From Nocardioides sp. (GTDB lineage Bacteria; Actinomycetota; Actinomycetes; Propionibacteriales; Nocardioidaceae): DNA of 64,000 nucleotides. The position numbers and the translations under genes were made by a program. Below, piece by piece: positions 8,745-16,747 of this stretch (its first letter is position 1; each line of letters starts with the position of its first letter). The DNA is taken from the NCBI RefSeq assembly GCF_036493135.1, contig NZ_DASXQG010000051.1, positions 5,785-69,784 of the forward strand. The letters are read 5' to 3'. The notes beneath the pieces were generated by a model. It saw only the letters and a list, made by a program, of their open reading frames with translations, ran no database searches and had not been told where the DNA came from.

Positions 8745-9449
8745 TCAGATCCGGGCGGCCGCCTCGAGGATCACCCGCGCGGCGTCGTCGACCCGGCTGA
8801 ACTGCGGCCAGTGGCCGGAGTGGAGGTCGACCCACTCGACGTTGCGAAGCCGGGCGATCTCCTCCGTGCCGGACTCGCCGGCGTCGGTCCACTCCTTGAG
8901 CTGGGCCGCGTCGTACTCCGCGGTGACCATCGTGACCGGCAGGTCGTAGCGGGCGTCCTGCCCGAACGACAGCCCGTCGATGACGGCGTGGAGCGGCGAC
9001 GGCACGGATCCCTCGCGGATGCGACCGCGCAGGTCGTCGTCGAGATCAGCGACCATCTCGTCGTCGAAGAAGTCCCAGGCGGGGAGCGGCACGTCGTCAC
9101 CGTCGACCGGGAACATCGACTCGGACTGCTCGGGGATGCCGGGTTCACTGGCCATGAAGACGACCCCCGCGGTGCGGTCGAGGCGCGCGGCGGCGGCCGC
9201 CCAGGCGAGCACGCCACCCATCGAGTGCCCGACGAGCAGGGCCTTCGCATCGCCGGGCACGTCGTCGATCGCAGAAACCACGGCGTCGACGTGGTGCTGC
9301 CGGGTGACGCGAGATCTGTCGGCGTCGACCGCCTCCATGCCGGGAAGGGTGAGCGCGTGGGTCGTGTGCCCGGCGGCCTCCAGCCGCGGGACGACGTCGT
9401 CCCACGATCGAGCGGTCAGCCACAGGCCCGGGATCAGGATGATGTCCAT
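8745..9449 (-). CDS. Alpha/beta hydrolase
   Basis: ORF 8745..9473, probably from M9 (MDIILIPGLW). Has GHSMGG elbow. Confidence 0.8.
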   Translation of the reverse strand: MDIILIPGLWLTARSWDDVVPRLEAAGHTTHALTLPGMEAVDADRSRVTRQHHVDAVVSAIDDVPGDAKALLVGHSMGGVLAWAAAAARLDRTAGVVFMASEPGIPEQSESMFPVDGDDVPLPAWDFFDDEMVADLDDDLRGRIREGSVPSPLHAVIDGLSFGQDARYDLPVTMVTAEYDAAQLKEWTDAGESGTEEIARLRNVEWVDLHSGHWPQFSRVDDAARVILEAAARI

Positions 9450-9492
9450 GGCGTAGACCGTATGTCGCACCACCGACAGACAGCTCTTCCCC

Positions 9493-9540
9493 GGTCGTCC
9501 GCCCCACTGGACCTTCTAGTGGCCGGTCAGGCGGACGACC
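9493..9540. repeat. 48-nt hairpin repeat element, copy 2
   Basis: GGTCGTCCGCC, 26 nt (..TTCTAGTGGCCGGTCA), GGCGGACGACC. Confidence 0.8.
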
Positions 9541-9554
9541 CAGCGAGCTCCTTC

Positions 9555-9602
9555 GGTCGTCCGCCCGGGTGGAGGTTCTAGTGGCCGGTCAGGCGGACGA
9601 CC
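9555..9602. repeat. 48-nt hairpin repeat element, copy 3 (tandem with copy 2, 62-bp period)
   Basis: Identical arms. The loop shares TTCTAGTGGCCGGTCA with copy 2. The right arm encodes the last 4 codons and stop of the MFS gene 9589..10851. Confidence 0.8.
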
Positions 9603-10851
9603 CGGCGATGGCGGGGGCGCGGGGGAGGTGGCGGACCGACGGGATGGAGACCACGACCAGTGCGGCGGTGATCCCGACGATCGTCATCATCATCAGTGTC
9701 GGGTAGATGCCGACGATCGCAGCCATGCCGCCGACCACCACGTTGCCGAGCGGGATCATCCCGGTGGACGCCAGGTAGTCGTAGCTGGAGACCCGTGACA
9801 ACGAGGTCGGCGGGATGTGCTCGCCCAGCGATGTCTCCCAGAGCGTGAACATCCCGGTCACGCAGATGCCGGTGAGCAACTCGAGCAGCCCGATCCCCCA
9901 CACCGGCAGGTGGCTGCCGATGATCGCCGCCTGGCAGGACGCGCCCACCAGCATCAGGGCCCCGACCCGCAGGGCGTACGCCGGGCGCCACAGCAGGAGC
10001 AGGATGTCACCGAGGATGTTCCCGATCCCGAACAGTGCGGTCACCACCGCCCACGACCGGGCGCCGTCGTAGTGGTCCTGCATCAGCACCGGTCCGACCA
10101 CGAAGATCGCCGGCAGCACGATCGCGTGGTACACCGAGAAGCCGCCGAGGTAACCGACCACCCAGCTCCGCGAGCGGACCTCCTGCCACCCCTCGTGCAA
10201 CGACGAGCGGAACGACGGGGGCGCGGCCTGCTCGTCGTCAACGGCGGCCTGCGCCACGACAGCCGGGCGTAGCGGCAGCAGGAGCAGCACCGAGACCAGG
10301 AACGTCGCGGCGTCGAAGACCAGCGCGGAGCCCGGGCCACCGGCGAAGCCGATCAGCACCCCCGCGATCACCGGACCGGCGACGTTCGCCAGGGAGAAGG
10401 TGAGCCCGCGCAGGGCATTGGCGGGTTGGAGGTTGCCCGGACTGACGGTGGTCGGCAGCAGCCCGCTGAACGCGGGTGCGAAGAACGCGTCGGCGGCGCC
10501 GAAGATCGCGGCGAGTACGACGAGGTGGGTGACCTCGGCGTGCCCGGAGAGCAGCAGGACCGCGGCGACGGTCTGGGTGACCAGCCGGACCGCGTCGGAG
10601 CCGATCAGGATCCGCTTGCGCTCCCACCGGTCCGCCCAGACCCCGGCCGGGACCGCGAGCACCACGAACGGCAGGAACTGCGCGGTCGACGTGATCGCGA
10701 CGTCGCGGACGCCGCCGCCGACCGAGAGGACCGCGAACGGCAGCGCGACACTGGTGACCCGGTCGCCGAGCACGGAGAGCACCTGACTGCCGAACAACAG
10801 CCGGTACTGCGGCTCCTCCCGCAGCACGGTCGGGACGAGTCGACGGGCCAC
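9589..10851 (-). CDS. MFS transporter (12-TM type)
   Basis: ORF 9589..10851. Hydrophobic throughout. N-terminal YRLLFGSQVLSVLGDRVTSVALPFAVL and WADRWERKR loop motif. Confidence 0.85.
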   Translation of the reverse strand: MARRLVPTVLREEPQYRLLFGSQVLSVLGDRVTSVALPFAVLSVGGGVRDVAITSTAQFLPFVVLAVPAGVWADRWERKRILIGSDAVRLVTQTVAAVLLLSGHAEVTHLVVLAAIFGAADAFFAPAFSGLLPTTVSPGNLQPANALRGLTFSLANVAGPVIAGVLIGFAGGPGSALVFDAATFLVSVLLLLPLRPAVVAQAAVDDEQAAPPSFRSSLHEGWQEVRSRSWVVGYLGGFSVYHAIVLPAIFVVGPVLMQDHYDGARSWAVVTALFGIGNILGDILLLLWRPAYALRVGALMLVGASCQAAIIGSHLPVWGIGLLELLTGICVTGMFTLWETSLGEHIPPTSLSRVSSYDYLASTGMIPLGNVVVGGMAAIVGIYPTLMMMTIVGITAALVVVSIPSVRHLPRAPAIAGSSA

Positions 10852-10904
10852 GAGGGGTCAGCATCCCCGACGGTCGCGCCTTTGTCGCGGGTATTCCCGG
10901 ACGG

Positions 10905-11600
10905 TCAGGCGGAGGTCCGCTTGACCTTTCGCATCAGGGCGAGGGCGCCCTCGATGTAGAGGTCGACCCCGAAGGAGTAGTACGCCGGCACGTCGTCGCA
11001 GTTGGTCAGCGGCTCGGCTGCCGCGCGGATGTGCGGGTAGAGGTCGGCGGGGAGGGTCTCGATGTGCGAGCGCTTCTGCGCGAGCAGGTCGTCGCGCTCC
11101 TCCTGGGCCGCCTGGCTCTCGGAACCCGGGAGCTGGGTGACCAGCATCATCGCCGTCTGCAGGCCCATCCGCGCGAGGTCGGCGGCCTGCTCGCGGGAGA
11201 AGCCGGCGTCCTCGAGGAGGGTCAGCGTGAACTCCGTGAGACGGAGTCCCGGCTCGCTGACCAGGATCCGCGGGAAGACCAGGCCGGCCGCGGCGGGGTG
11301 CTGGGAGAGGTGCTCGATCAGGGTCTCCACGACGCCACGCAGCTGGCTCGACCAGGACCCGGTCGCGGGCGGTGGCGTCACGTCGGCGAGCAGGGCGTCG
11401 CCCATGGCGGCCAGGAGCTCTTCCTTGTTCGCGACGTGCCAGTACAGCGCCATCGGCGTCACGCCGAACTCCTGCGCGATACGGCGGATCGTCACCGCGT
11501 CGGGGCCTTCGATGTCCATCACGGTCAGCGCGCGCTCGACGATCGCCGCGCGGCTGAGGTCGGTCCTGGTCGCGGTCGCGATGGCGGTACGGGGGCTCAT
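10905..11600 (-). CDS. TetR/AcrR family transcriptional regulator
   Basis: M47 of ORF 10905..11738. HTH region RAAIVERALTVMDIEGPDAVTIRRIAQEFGVTPMALYWHVANKEELL. Confidence 0.85.
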   Translation of the reverse strand: MSPRTAIATATRTDLSRAAIVERALTVMDIEGPDAVTIRRIAQEFGVTPMALYWHVANKEELLAAMGDALLADVTPPPATGSWSSQLRGVVETLIEHLSQHPAAAGLVFPRILVSEPGLRLTEFTLTLLEDAGFSREQAADLARMGLQTAMMLVTQLPGSESQAAQEERDDLLAQKRSHIETLPADLYPHIRAAAEPLTNCDDVPAYYSFGVDLYIEGALALMRKVKRTSA

Positions 11601-11607
11601 GAGCAGA

Positions 11608-11613
11608 ACTATA
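11608..11613 (-). promoter_or_regulatory. -10-like TATAGT, 7 nt upstream of the TetR ATG (leaderless-type)
   Basis: The minus strand reads TATAGT-TCTGCTC-ATG. Confidence 0.4.
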
Positions 11614-11631
11614 CACGATAAGGGTTGACAA

Positions 11632-11680
11632 CTATACGTCGTACAAGGTTTCCTGTACGCCATACATGTACGACGTATAG
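11632..11680. promoter_or_regulatory. Perfect 14-bp inverted repeat CTATACGTCGTACA-N21-TGTACGACGTATAG; candidate TetR operator
   Basis: Lies in the 88-bp divergent TetR/MFS intergenic region. An extra TGTACG half-site sits in the spacer. The right arm abuts the SD (AGGAG 11679-11683) of the MFS gene. Confidence 0.6.
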
Positions 11681-11688
11681 GAGACGTG

Positions 11689-13113
11689 ATGAACCGCAGC
11701 CGCTGGGCGCTCGTGGCGGTGGCACTGGCCACCTTCATGACCTACCTCGACAACAACATCGTCAACGTGGCGATCCCCGACATCCAGCACGAGCTGGGTC
11801 TCTCGACGGCGGGCATCGAGTGGGTGGTGAGCGGCTACATCCTCACGTTCGCCGGGCTCCTGCTCGCCGGTGGTCGGCTGGCCGACCGCTTCGGGCGGCG
11901 CCGGCTCTTCCTCGTCGGCCTGGCCGTCTTCACGGTGTCCTCGCTCCTCGCAGGGTTCGCAGGCGGACCCGCCACCCTGATCGCGGCCCGCGCCCTGCAG
12001 GGAATCGGTGCCGCGGCCGTCACCCCGACGACGCTGGCCATCATCAGCGCGACGTTCACCGACCCGCGCGAGCGGAACGCGGCGGTCGGCATCTGGGGCG
12101 GAGTGGGCGCACTCGCCCTCGCCGTCGGCCCAGTGCTGGGCGGACTCCTGACCCAGCACGTCTCGTGGGAGTGGATCTTCTGGATCAACGTGCCGATCGG
12201 CATCGCGACCATGGTGCTCGGCGCCTGGGCGATCACGGAGTCGAGCGAGGACGAGGTACGTCGCATGGACGTGGCCGGTCTCGGCCTGTCGACGGTCATG
12301 CTCTTCTCGCTCACCTGGGCCCTGATCGAGGGTCACGGCCGGGGCTGGGACTCCGCCGGCATCCTGAGCGCGTTCGGCGTCGCGGCTGCCTCCGCCCTGG
12401 CGTTCACCATCGTCGAGAGCCGCGTCGAGCAGCCGATGCTCGACGTCAGGCTGTTCCGGCGGATGGAGTTCACCGGCGGCATCATCGCCCTGATGCTGTG
12501 GGCGTTCGGCCTCTTCGGCATCTACTTCTTCACCTCGCTGTACCTCCAGGGCGTGCTCGGCTTCTCGCCGACCAAGGCCGGTGCCGCGTTCGTCCCGATG
12601 GCTCTGCTGATGGCGGGCTCGGCGGTGGTGTCCGACCGGGTCGCCGCGCGGTTCGGTGCGTACCGCTCGACCGGCTTCGGGATGCTGGCGATGGGCCTGG
12701 CGATCGGCTCGGTCTCGCTGTTGGGCAAGGACGCGTCGTTCCTCTCGCTGATGCCGAGCTTCGCGGTGATCGGCCTGGGAGGGGGCATGACGATCCCGCT
12801 GACGGCGACGGTCCTCGGCGTGATGCCGACCAGCCAGGCGGGAGTCGCCTCGGCGGTGTTCAACGCCTCCCGCGAGGTCGCCGGCCTGCTGGGCATCACC
12901 GTGATCGGCGCGGTGCTGACCAGCCGTCAGGGTGCCTCGATCGCCGCTGGACACACGCCGGTCGACGCGTTCCTGACCGGCTACCGGTCCGGACTGCTGC
13001 TCGCCGCCGCCCTGGTCGTCGCCGGTGGAGTCGCGGCGTTCGCGGCCCTGCGCCGGGCGCACCACGCGCCGGAGCAGGAGACCGCGCGCGAGGACCTGGT
13101 CCTCGCCGGCTGA
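11689..13113 (+). CDS. DHA2 (EmrB/QacA-type, 14-TM) MFS drug efflux transporter
   Basis: ORF 11686..13113. The ATG at 11689 is preceded by AGGAG. Contains FMTYLDNNIVNVAIPDIQHELGLS and LADRFGRRRLFLVGL. Confidence 0.9.
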   Translation: MNRSRWALVAVALATFMTYLDNNIVNVAIPDIQHELGLSTAGIEWVVSGYILTFAGLLLAGGRLADRFGRRRLFLVGLAVFTVSSLLAGFAGGPATLIAARALQGIGAAAVTPTTLAIISATFTDPRERNAAVGIWGGVGALALAVGPVLGGLLTQHVSWEWIFWINVPIGIATMVLGAWAITESSEDEVRRMDVAGLGLSTVMLFSLTWALIEGHGRGWDSAGILSAFGVAAASALAFTIVESRVEQPMLDVRLFRRMEFTGGIIALMLWAFGLFGIYFFTSLYLQGVLGFSPTKAGAAFVPMALLMAGSAVVSDRVAARFGAYRSTGFGMLAMGLAIGSVSLLGKDASFLSLMPSFAVIGLGGGMTIPLTATVLGVMPTSQAGVASAVFNASREVAGLLGITVIGAVLTSRQGASIAAGHTPVDAFLTGYRSGLLLAAALVVAGGVAAFAALRRAHHAPEQETAREDLVLAG

Positions 13114-13132
13114 CCGGCCAGGAAGAAGAGAG

Positions 13133-13168
13133 CATCGGGCCCGCCCCCGAGAGGGGACGGACCCGATG
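13133..13168 (+). terminator. GC-rich stem-loop (14/16 bp stem, GAGA loop) after the MFS gene
   Basis: CATCGGGCCCGCCCCC-GAGA-GGGGACGGACCCGATG, 20 nt after stop 13113. The T-tail is weak. Confidence 0.5.
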
Positions 13169-13400
13169 TGATTCGAAGGCTGAGGTCCGGTCTCAACCCC
13201 CCGTACGACGCACCACGGGCCGGGCCAGGAGTGGCCGCCGGCGGCGGACGCGTTGCACCTTCATGCTGCTCCTCCGCGGGCCTCGGCGCATCAGATTTTC
13301 GGGATTCTTTGCCCAGCGCGAGAAATTCCGCGTGGGCCGTGTCGAAAGCTCTTCGTCTCATTCGATGTACGGGTGAACCGACCCTCACCCAGGAGCTCTC

Positions 13401-14924
13401 ATGACCACCGACACCACGAACTCGAGCCGGACCCGCGGCATCCTCGCGCTGGCGGTGCTGGCGCTGCCCACACTGCTGGTCGCCGTCGACATCTCCGTGC
13501 TCGCCGTGGCCCTGCCGACGATGGGCCGCGAGCTGCACGCCAGCGCCACCGAGCTGCTGTGGATGACCGACAGCTACAACTTCATGGTCGCCGGCGCGAT
13601 GCTCACCACCGGCGCGATCGCCGACCGGATCGGCCGCCGTCGGATGATCCTGGTGTGCGCGGCGATCTTCGCGATCGCGTCCGGGATCGGGGCGTTCGCG
13701 ACCACTCCGGAGCTGGTGATCGCCGCCCGCGGCGTGATGGGGCTCGCCGGCTCGGCGATCCTGCCCGCGTCGATGGCGCTGCTCGGCGGCCTGTTCACCG
13801 ACGAGAAGTCCCGGATCCAGGCGATGGGCGCCATGATGACCGTCTTCCTGGGCGGCATGGCGATCGCGCCGTTCGTCGGTGGCCTGCTCCTCGCACACTT
13901 CTGGTGGGGCTCGGTCTTCCTGATGGGCGTACCGGTGATGGCCGTGACCATCGCGGTCGTCCCTCGGCTGATCCCGGAGTCCAAGGCCGACGTGCCCGCG
14001 CCGCTCGACCTCGCCAGCGCCGCGCTGTCGGTCTTCGCCGTCCTGAGCCTGGTCTTCGCCCTCAAGCGCGCCGTGAACAGCGGCTTCGACTCCTCGGTGC
14101 TGGTCGCGCTCGTGGCCGGCGTGGTCCTGGGCACCGTGTTCCTGCGTCGGCAGGCCACACTCGCGCACCCGCTGATGGACCTCGGCCTCCTCGCCCGGCC
14201 CCGCGTCCGCCGTACCCTCGCCGCGCTGTTCCTGACCGCGCTGCTGATGGGCGGCACGTCACTGCTCTTCAACCTGTACCTGCAGGAGGTCCAGGGCCTG
14301 TCGCCGCTCGACGCCGCCTGGTGGATGCTGCCGATGATGGTGTCGATGATCGCCGCCGCCAACCTCGGCCCCTGGCTGAACCGGCGTCTTGCCCAGCGCA
14401 CCGTCGTGGTCTCGATGATGTCGGTGATGACCATCGGGTTCGCCCTGTACGTCGTGGCGCCGGCGAGCGCCGCGGGGCGCCCGGTCGTCGCGACCGGCGC
14501 CAGCCTGGCCACCTTCGGGATCGGCGCCGCCTTCCCGATGCTGATGGACGGCGTGATGAGCTCGGCTCCGCCGGAGCGCGCCGCCTCGAGCGCGTCGCTG
14601 GCCCAGCTGTCCAACGAGCTCGGCATCGCCCTCGGCCTGACCGTCCTCGGCTCGCTCGGCACGGTGGTCTACCGCGCGCGGCTGGGTCTGCCCGGCTCCA
14701 CCGCCGAGCAGAGCGTGATCGACGGCATCCGCGAGGGACAGCACGACCCTGCCCTGCTCGCCTCGGTCAAGACTTCCTTCACCGACGCGTTCCACGTCGC
14801 CGGTCTGGTCGGAGTCGCGGTGATGGGCGTGGTGCTGGTACTGGCTGCCCGGGCCACCCGCGAGACGCCGGCACCGTCGGTCGTCGAGAGTCAGCACACC
14901 GAGCTCGAGGAGCTGGCGGCCTGA
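13401..14924 (+). CDS. DHA2-family MFS transporter (second copy)
   Basis: ORF 13401..14924 with SD AGGAG upstream. Contains LPTLLVAVDISVLAVALPTMGRELHAS and IADRIGRRRMILV. Confidence 0.9.
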   Translation: MTTDTTNSSRTRGILALAVLALPTLLVAVDISVLAVALPTMGRELHASATELLWMTDSYNFMVAGAMLTTGAIADRIGRRRMILVCAAIFAIASGIGAFATTPELVIAARGVMGLAGSAILPASMALLGGLFTDEKSRIQAMGAMMTVFLGGMAIAPFVGGLLLAHFWWGSVFLMGVPVMAVTIAVVPRLIPESKADVPAPLDLASAALSVFAVLSLVFALKRAVNSGFDSSVLVALVAGVVLGTVFLRRQATLAHPLMDLGLLARPRVRRTLAALFLTALLMGGTSLLFNLYLQEVQGLSPLDAAWWMLPMMVSMIAAANLGPWLNRRLAQRTVVVSMMSVMTIGFALYVVAPASAAGRPVVATGASLATFGIGAAFPMLMDGVMSSAPPERAASSASLAQLSNELGIALGLTVLGSLGTVVYRARLGLPGSTAEQSVIDGIREGQHDPALLASVKTSFTDAFHVAGLVGVAVMGVVLVLAARATRETPAPSVVESQHTELEELAA

Positions 14925-14938
14925 GCAGGCCCTCGCGC

Positions 14939-14976
14939 CACCGCACGGTGTCGACCGACGTCGACCCCGTGCGGTG
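14939..14976. terminator. Bidirectional stem-loop between convergent genes (10-bp perfect stem CACCGCACGG/CCGTGCGGTG)
   Basis: The 18-nt loop contains GTCGAC-CGAC-GTCGAC. Located between the MFS stop (14924) and the GlsB stop (14982). Confidence 0.5.
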
Positions 14977-14981
14977 CTGCG

Positions 14982-15311
14982 TCAGTGGGTGCCGGGCTTC
15001 TTCTTCGCGGCGGCCTTGGCCGGGTTGCCGGAGCGGGACGTCGGGGTGCCGGGCCCGGCGTTGCGGCTGCGCATCCACCGCCACACTCCGGTGACGACGA
15101 GGGCGCCCGCGAGCGACCCGATGATGCCGCTGGGGCGGAGGCGGAGTCCGTCGCCGGCGAGCAGGCTGATCAGGAGACCGCCGATGAACGAGCCCACGAG
15201 GCCGGCGACGATCGCCATCGACCAGTCGACGCCACGGCGCTCGCGACCGAGGATCAGCTGCGCCCCGGCACCGACGATCATGCCGAACAGGATGATGCCG
15301 AGGATGAGCAT
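14982..15311 (-). CDS. GlsB/YeaQ/YmgE family stress-response membrane protein
   Basis: ORF 14982..15311. MLILGIILFGMIVGAGAQLILG...IVAGLVGSFIGGLL with a basic C-tail. Confidence 0.8.
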   Translation of the reverse strand: MLILGIILFGMIVGAGAQLILGRERRGVDWSMAIVAGLVGSFIGGLLISLLAGDGLRLRPSGIIGSLAGALVVTGVWRWMRSRNAGPGTPTSRSGNPAKAAAKKKPGTH

Positions 15312-15317
15312 GAGGTG

Positions 15318-15323
15318 ACGCTA
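15318..15323 (-). promoter_or_regulatory. -10-like TAGCGT, 6 nt upstream of the GlsB ATG
   Basis: The minus strand reads TAGCGT-CACCTC-ATG. Confidence 0.3.
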
Positions 15324-15393
15324 GTGCATCGAGGCCCTGGTCAGCGACGACAAGGTGTCGTGGTCGGGGAAGCGATCTCGTGAGCGTCGTCGC

Positions 15394-16323
15394 TCAGGTG
15401 AGGACGGAGCGGCGCGCTGCCGTCTTCGCCACGGCCTCGTCGAGCAGCTCGAGGGCACGGCGTACCTGCGGGGCGTCCGCCGCACCGTCGCGGACGTGGA
15501 CCACGATCCGCCGCCGAGGAGTCGGGTTCACCAGCTCGCGACTGTCGACTCCGGCCATCGACTCCGGTACGGCGAGGGCCGGCAGGATGGTCACGCCGAC
15601 GCCGGCCGCGACGAACGCGAGAGCCGTGTGATGGTCCTCCGAGCGCGCGACGTAGCGCGGCGAGAACCCGGCGGCCCGGCAGGCGTTGCGGATGATCCGG
15701 GTGCAGGTGTTCCCGTGGTAGTCGTTGTCGATCACCGGCTGGCCGGCCAGGGCCCCGAGCGGGACCTGGGTGTCCCACTCGTCGAGGAGCTCGTGGCCAC
15801 GCGGCGCCGCGACCCGGTAGCCCTCCTCGGTCAGCACGTGCCGGCTGTGGCCCGGCCGCTCGACGCCGTCCACATCGGCGTCCTCGGTGGTGATGTCGAG
15901 GTCGCGACGGCCCGCCGCCGGCGACTCGGGGCCCAGCTCGTTGAGGGTCAGGTCCAGGACCAGCTCGGGGAAGTCCCGGCGCAGGCCCTTTGCCACGGCG
16001 GGCAGCCAGAACTGCGCCGCGGAGGAGAACGCGCCGATCGTCAAGCTGCCGGTGCGCCCCTCGCGGAGGTGGTCGACGACACCGCCCAGCCGGTTGAGGC
16101 TGTCCATGAGGTCCTCGCTCTCGGCCGCGAGGACCTTGGCGGTCGCGGTCGGGGTGATCCCGCGCCCCGCCTTCTCGAAGAGCACGAGCCCGGTCTCGCG
16201 CTGCAGGGCCGAGATCTGTTGGCTGACTGCGGACGGGGTGTAGCCGAGGTGGTCGGCCGCTGCCTGCACCGAACCACTCGCCACGACCGCCCTGAACACG
16301 CGGAGACGCTGGACGTCGATCAT
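15394..16323 (-). CDS. LysR family transcriptional regulator
   Basis: M10 of ORF 15394..16350. MIDVQRLRVFRAVVASGSVQAAADHLGYTPSAVSQQISALQRETG. Confidence 0.85.
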   Translation of the reverse strand: MIDVQRLRVFRAVVASGSVQAAADHLGYTPSAVSQQISALQRETGLVLFEKAGRGITPTATAKVLAAESEDLMDSLNRLGGVVDHLREGRTGSLTIGAFSSAAQFWLPAVAKGLRRDFPELVLDLTLNELGPESPAAGRRDLDITTEDADVDGVERPGHSRHVLTEEGYRVAAPRGHELLDEWDTQVPLGALAGQPVIDNDYHGNTCTRIIRNACRAAGFSPRYVARSEDHHTALAFVAAGVGVTILPALAVPESMAGVDSRELVNPTPRRRIVVHVRDGAADAPQVRRALELLDEAVAKTAARRSVLT

Positions 16324-16330
16324 GCTCCTG

Positions 16331-16336
16331 ATCATA
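16331..16336 (-). promoter_or_regulatory. -10-like TATGAT, 7 nt upstream of the LysR ATG
   Basis: The minus strand reads TATGAT-CAGGAGC-ATG. The spacer could alternatively act as an SD. Confidence 0.3.
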
Positions 16337-16378
16337 CAGCACAACTGCATGGTTCGTTAGAAACATTCGCTTGTGCTG
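16337..16378. promoter_or_regulatory. 8-bp inverted repeat CAGCACAA-N26-TTGTGCTG in the LysR / small-ORF divergent region; candidate LysR site
   Basis: Locally AT-richer 83-bp intergenic region. The arms are exact reverse complements. Confidence 0.3.
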
Positions 16379-16406
16379 AACAGTCTGTACCGGGATCATT
16401 GGGTGC

Positions 16407-16550
16407 ATGACCACAACCCAGAAGACCAGCAAGATCCAGCGATTCCGCGCCTTCGCGCGCTACGCGTGGGGCGACCAGGTGGCCGCCAACCGCGCGCTCC
16501 TCCGGACCCAGCCGTACCAGGACTACCTGCTCAACCAGCGCGACCGCTGA
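16407..16550 (+). CDS. Unannotated 47-aa protein divergent from the LysR gene
   Basis: Below the ORF-track size cutoff. My translation: MTTTQKTSKIQRFRAFARYAWGDQVAANRALLRTQPYQDYLLNQRDR. G/C at the third position in 45 of 47 codons. A strong terminator hairpin follows. Confidence 0.5.
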   Translation: MTTTQKTSKIQRFRAFARYAWGDQVAANRALLRTQPYQDYLLNQRDR

Positions 16551-16607
16551 GGTGCCCGCCTCCGACTGTCCGCCTTCGACAACACAGACCACCGCTCCAT
16601 CCACCTA

Positions 16608-16636
16608 GAGCCGGCCGCACCCTCCGCGGCCGGCTC
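16608..16636 (+). terminator. Intrinsic terminator-like hairpin (11-bp perfect stem GAGCCGGCCGC/GCGGCCGGCTC, 7-nt loop)
   Basis: Lies 58 nt after the small-ORF stop and is followed by TCCTGTCGTCC. Confidence 0.6.
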
Positions 16637-16747
16637 TCCTGTCGTCCGGGTCCTCCGGGTGCACGACCAGCACGAGCCTCGCCGATCCCTGGCGGCGACG
16701 CCGGTTCCGGGTGATGCTGGGGGTCCCCCCGAGAAGGTGACCCCCCG

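Noticed and set aside
12981-14168. 395-aa minus-strand ORF across the MFS intergenic region. Similar long shadow ORFs include 39721..42057, 46292..48100, 49438..51267, 57342..58847 and 60386..62293
   Set aside because: All overlap, on the opposite strand, genes with strong family signatures. They have extreme R/G/P/D composition and no recognisable motifs.
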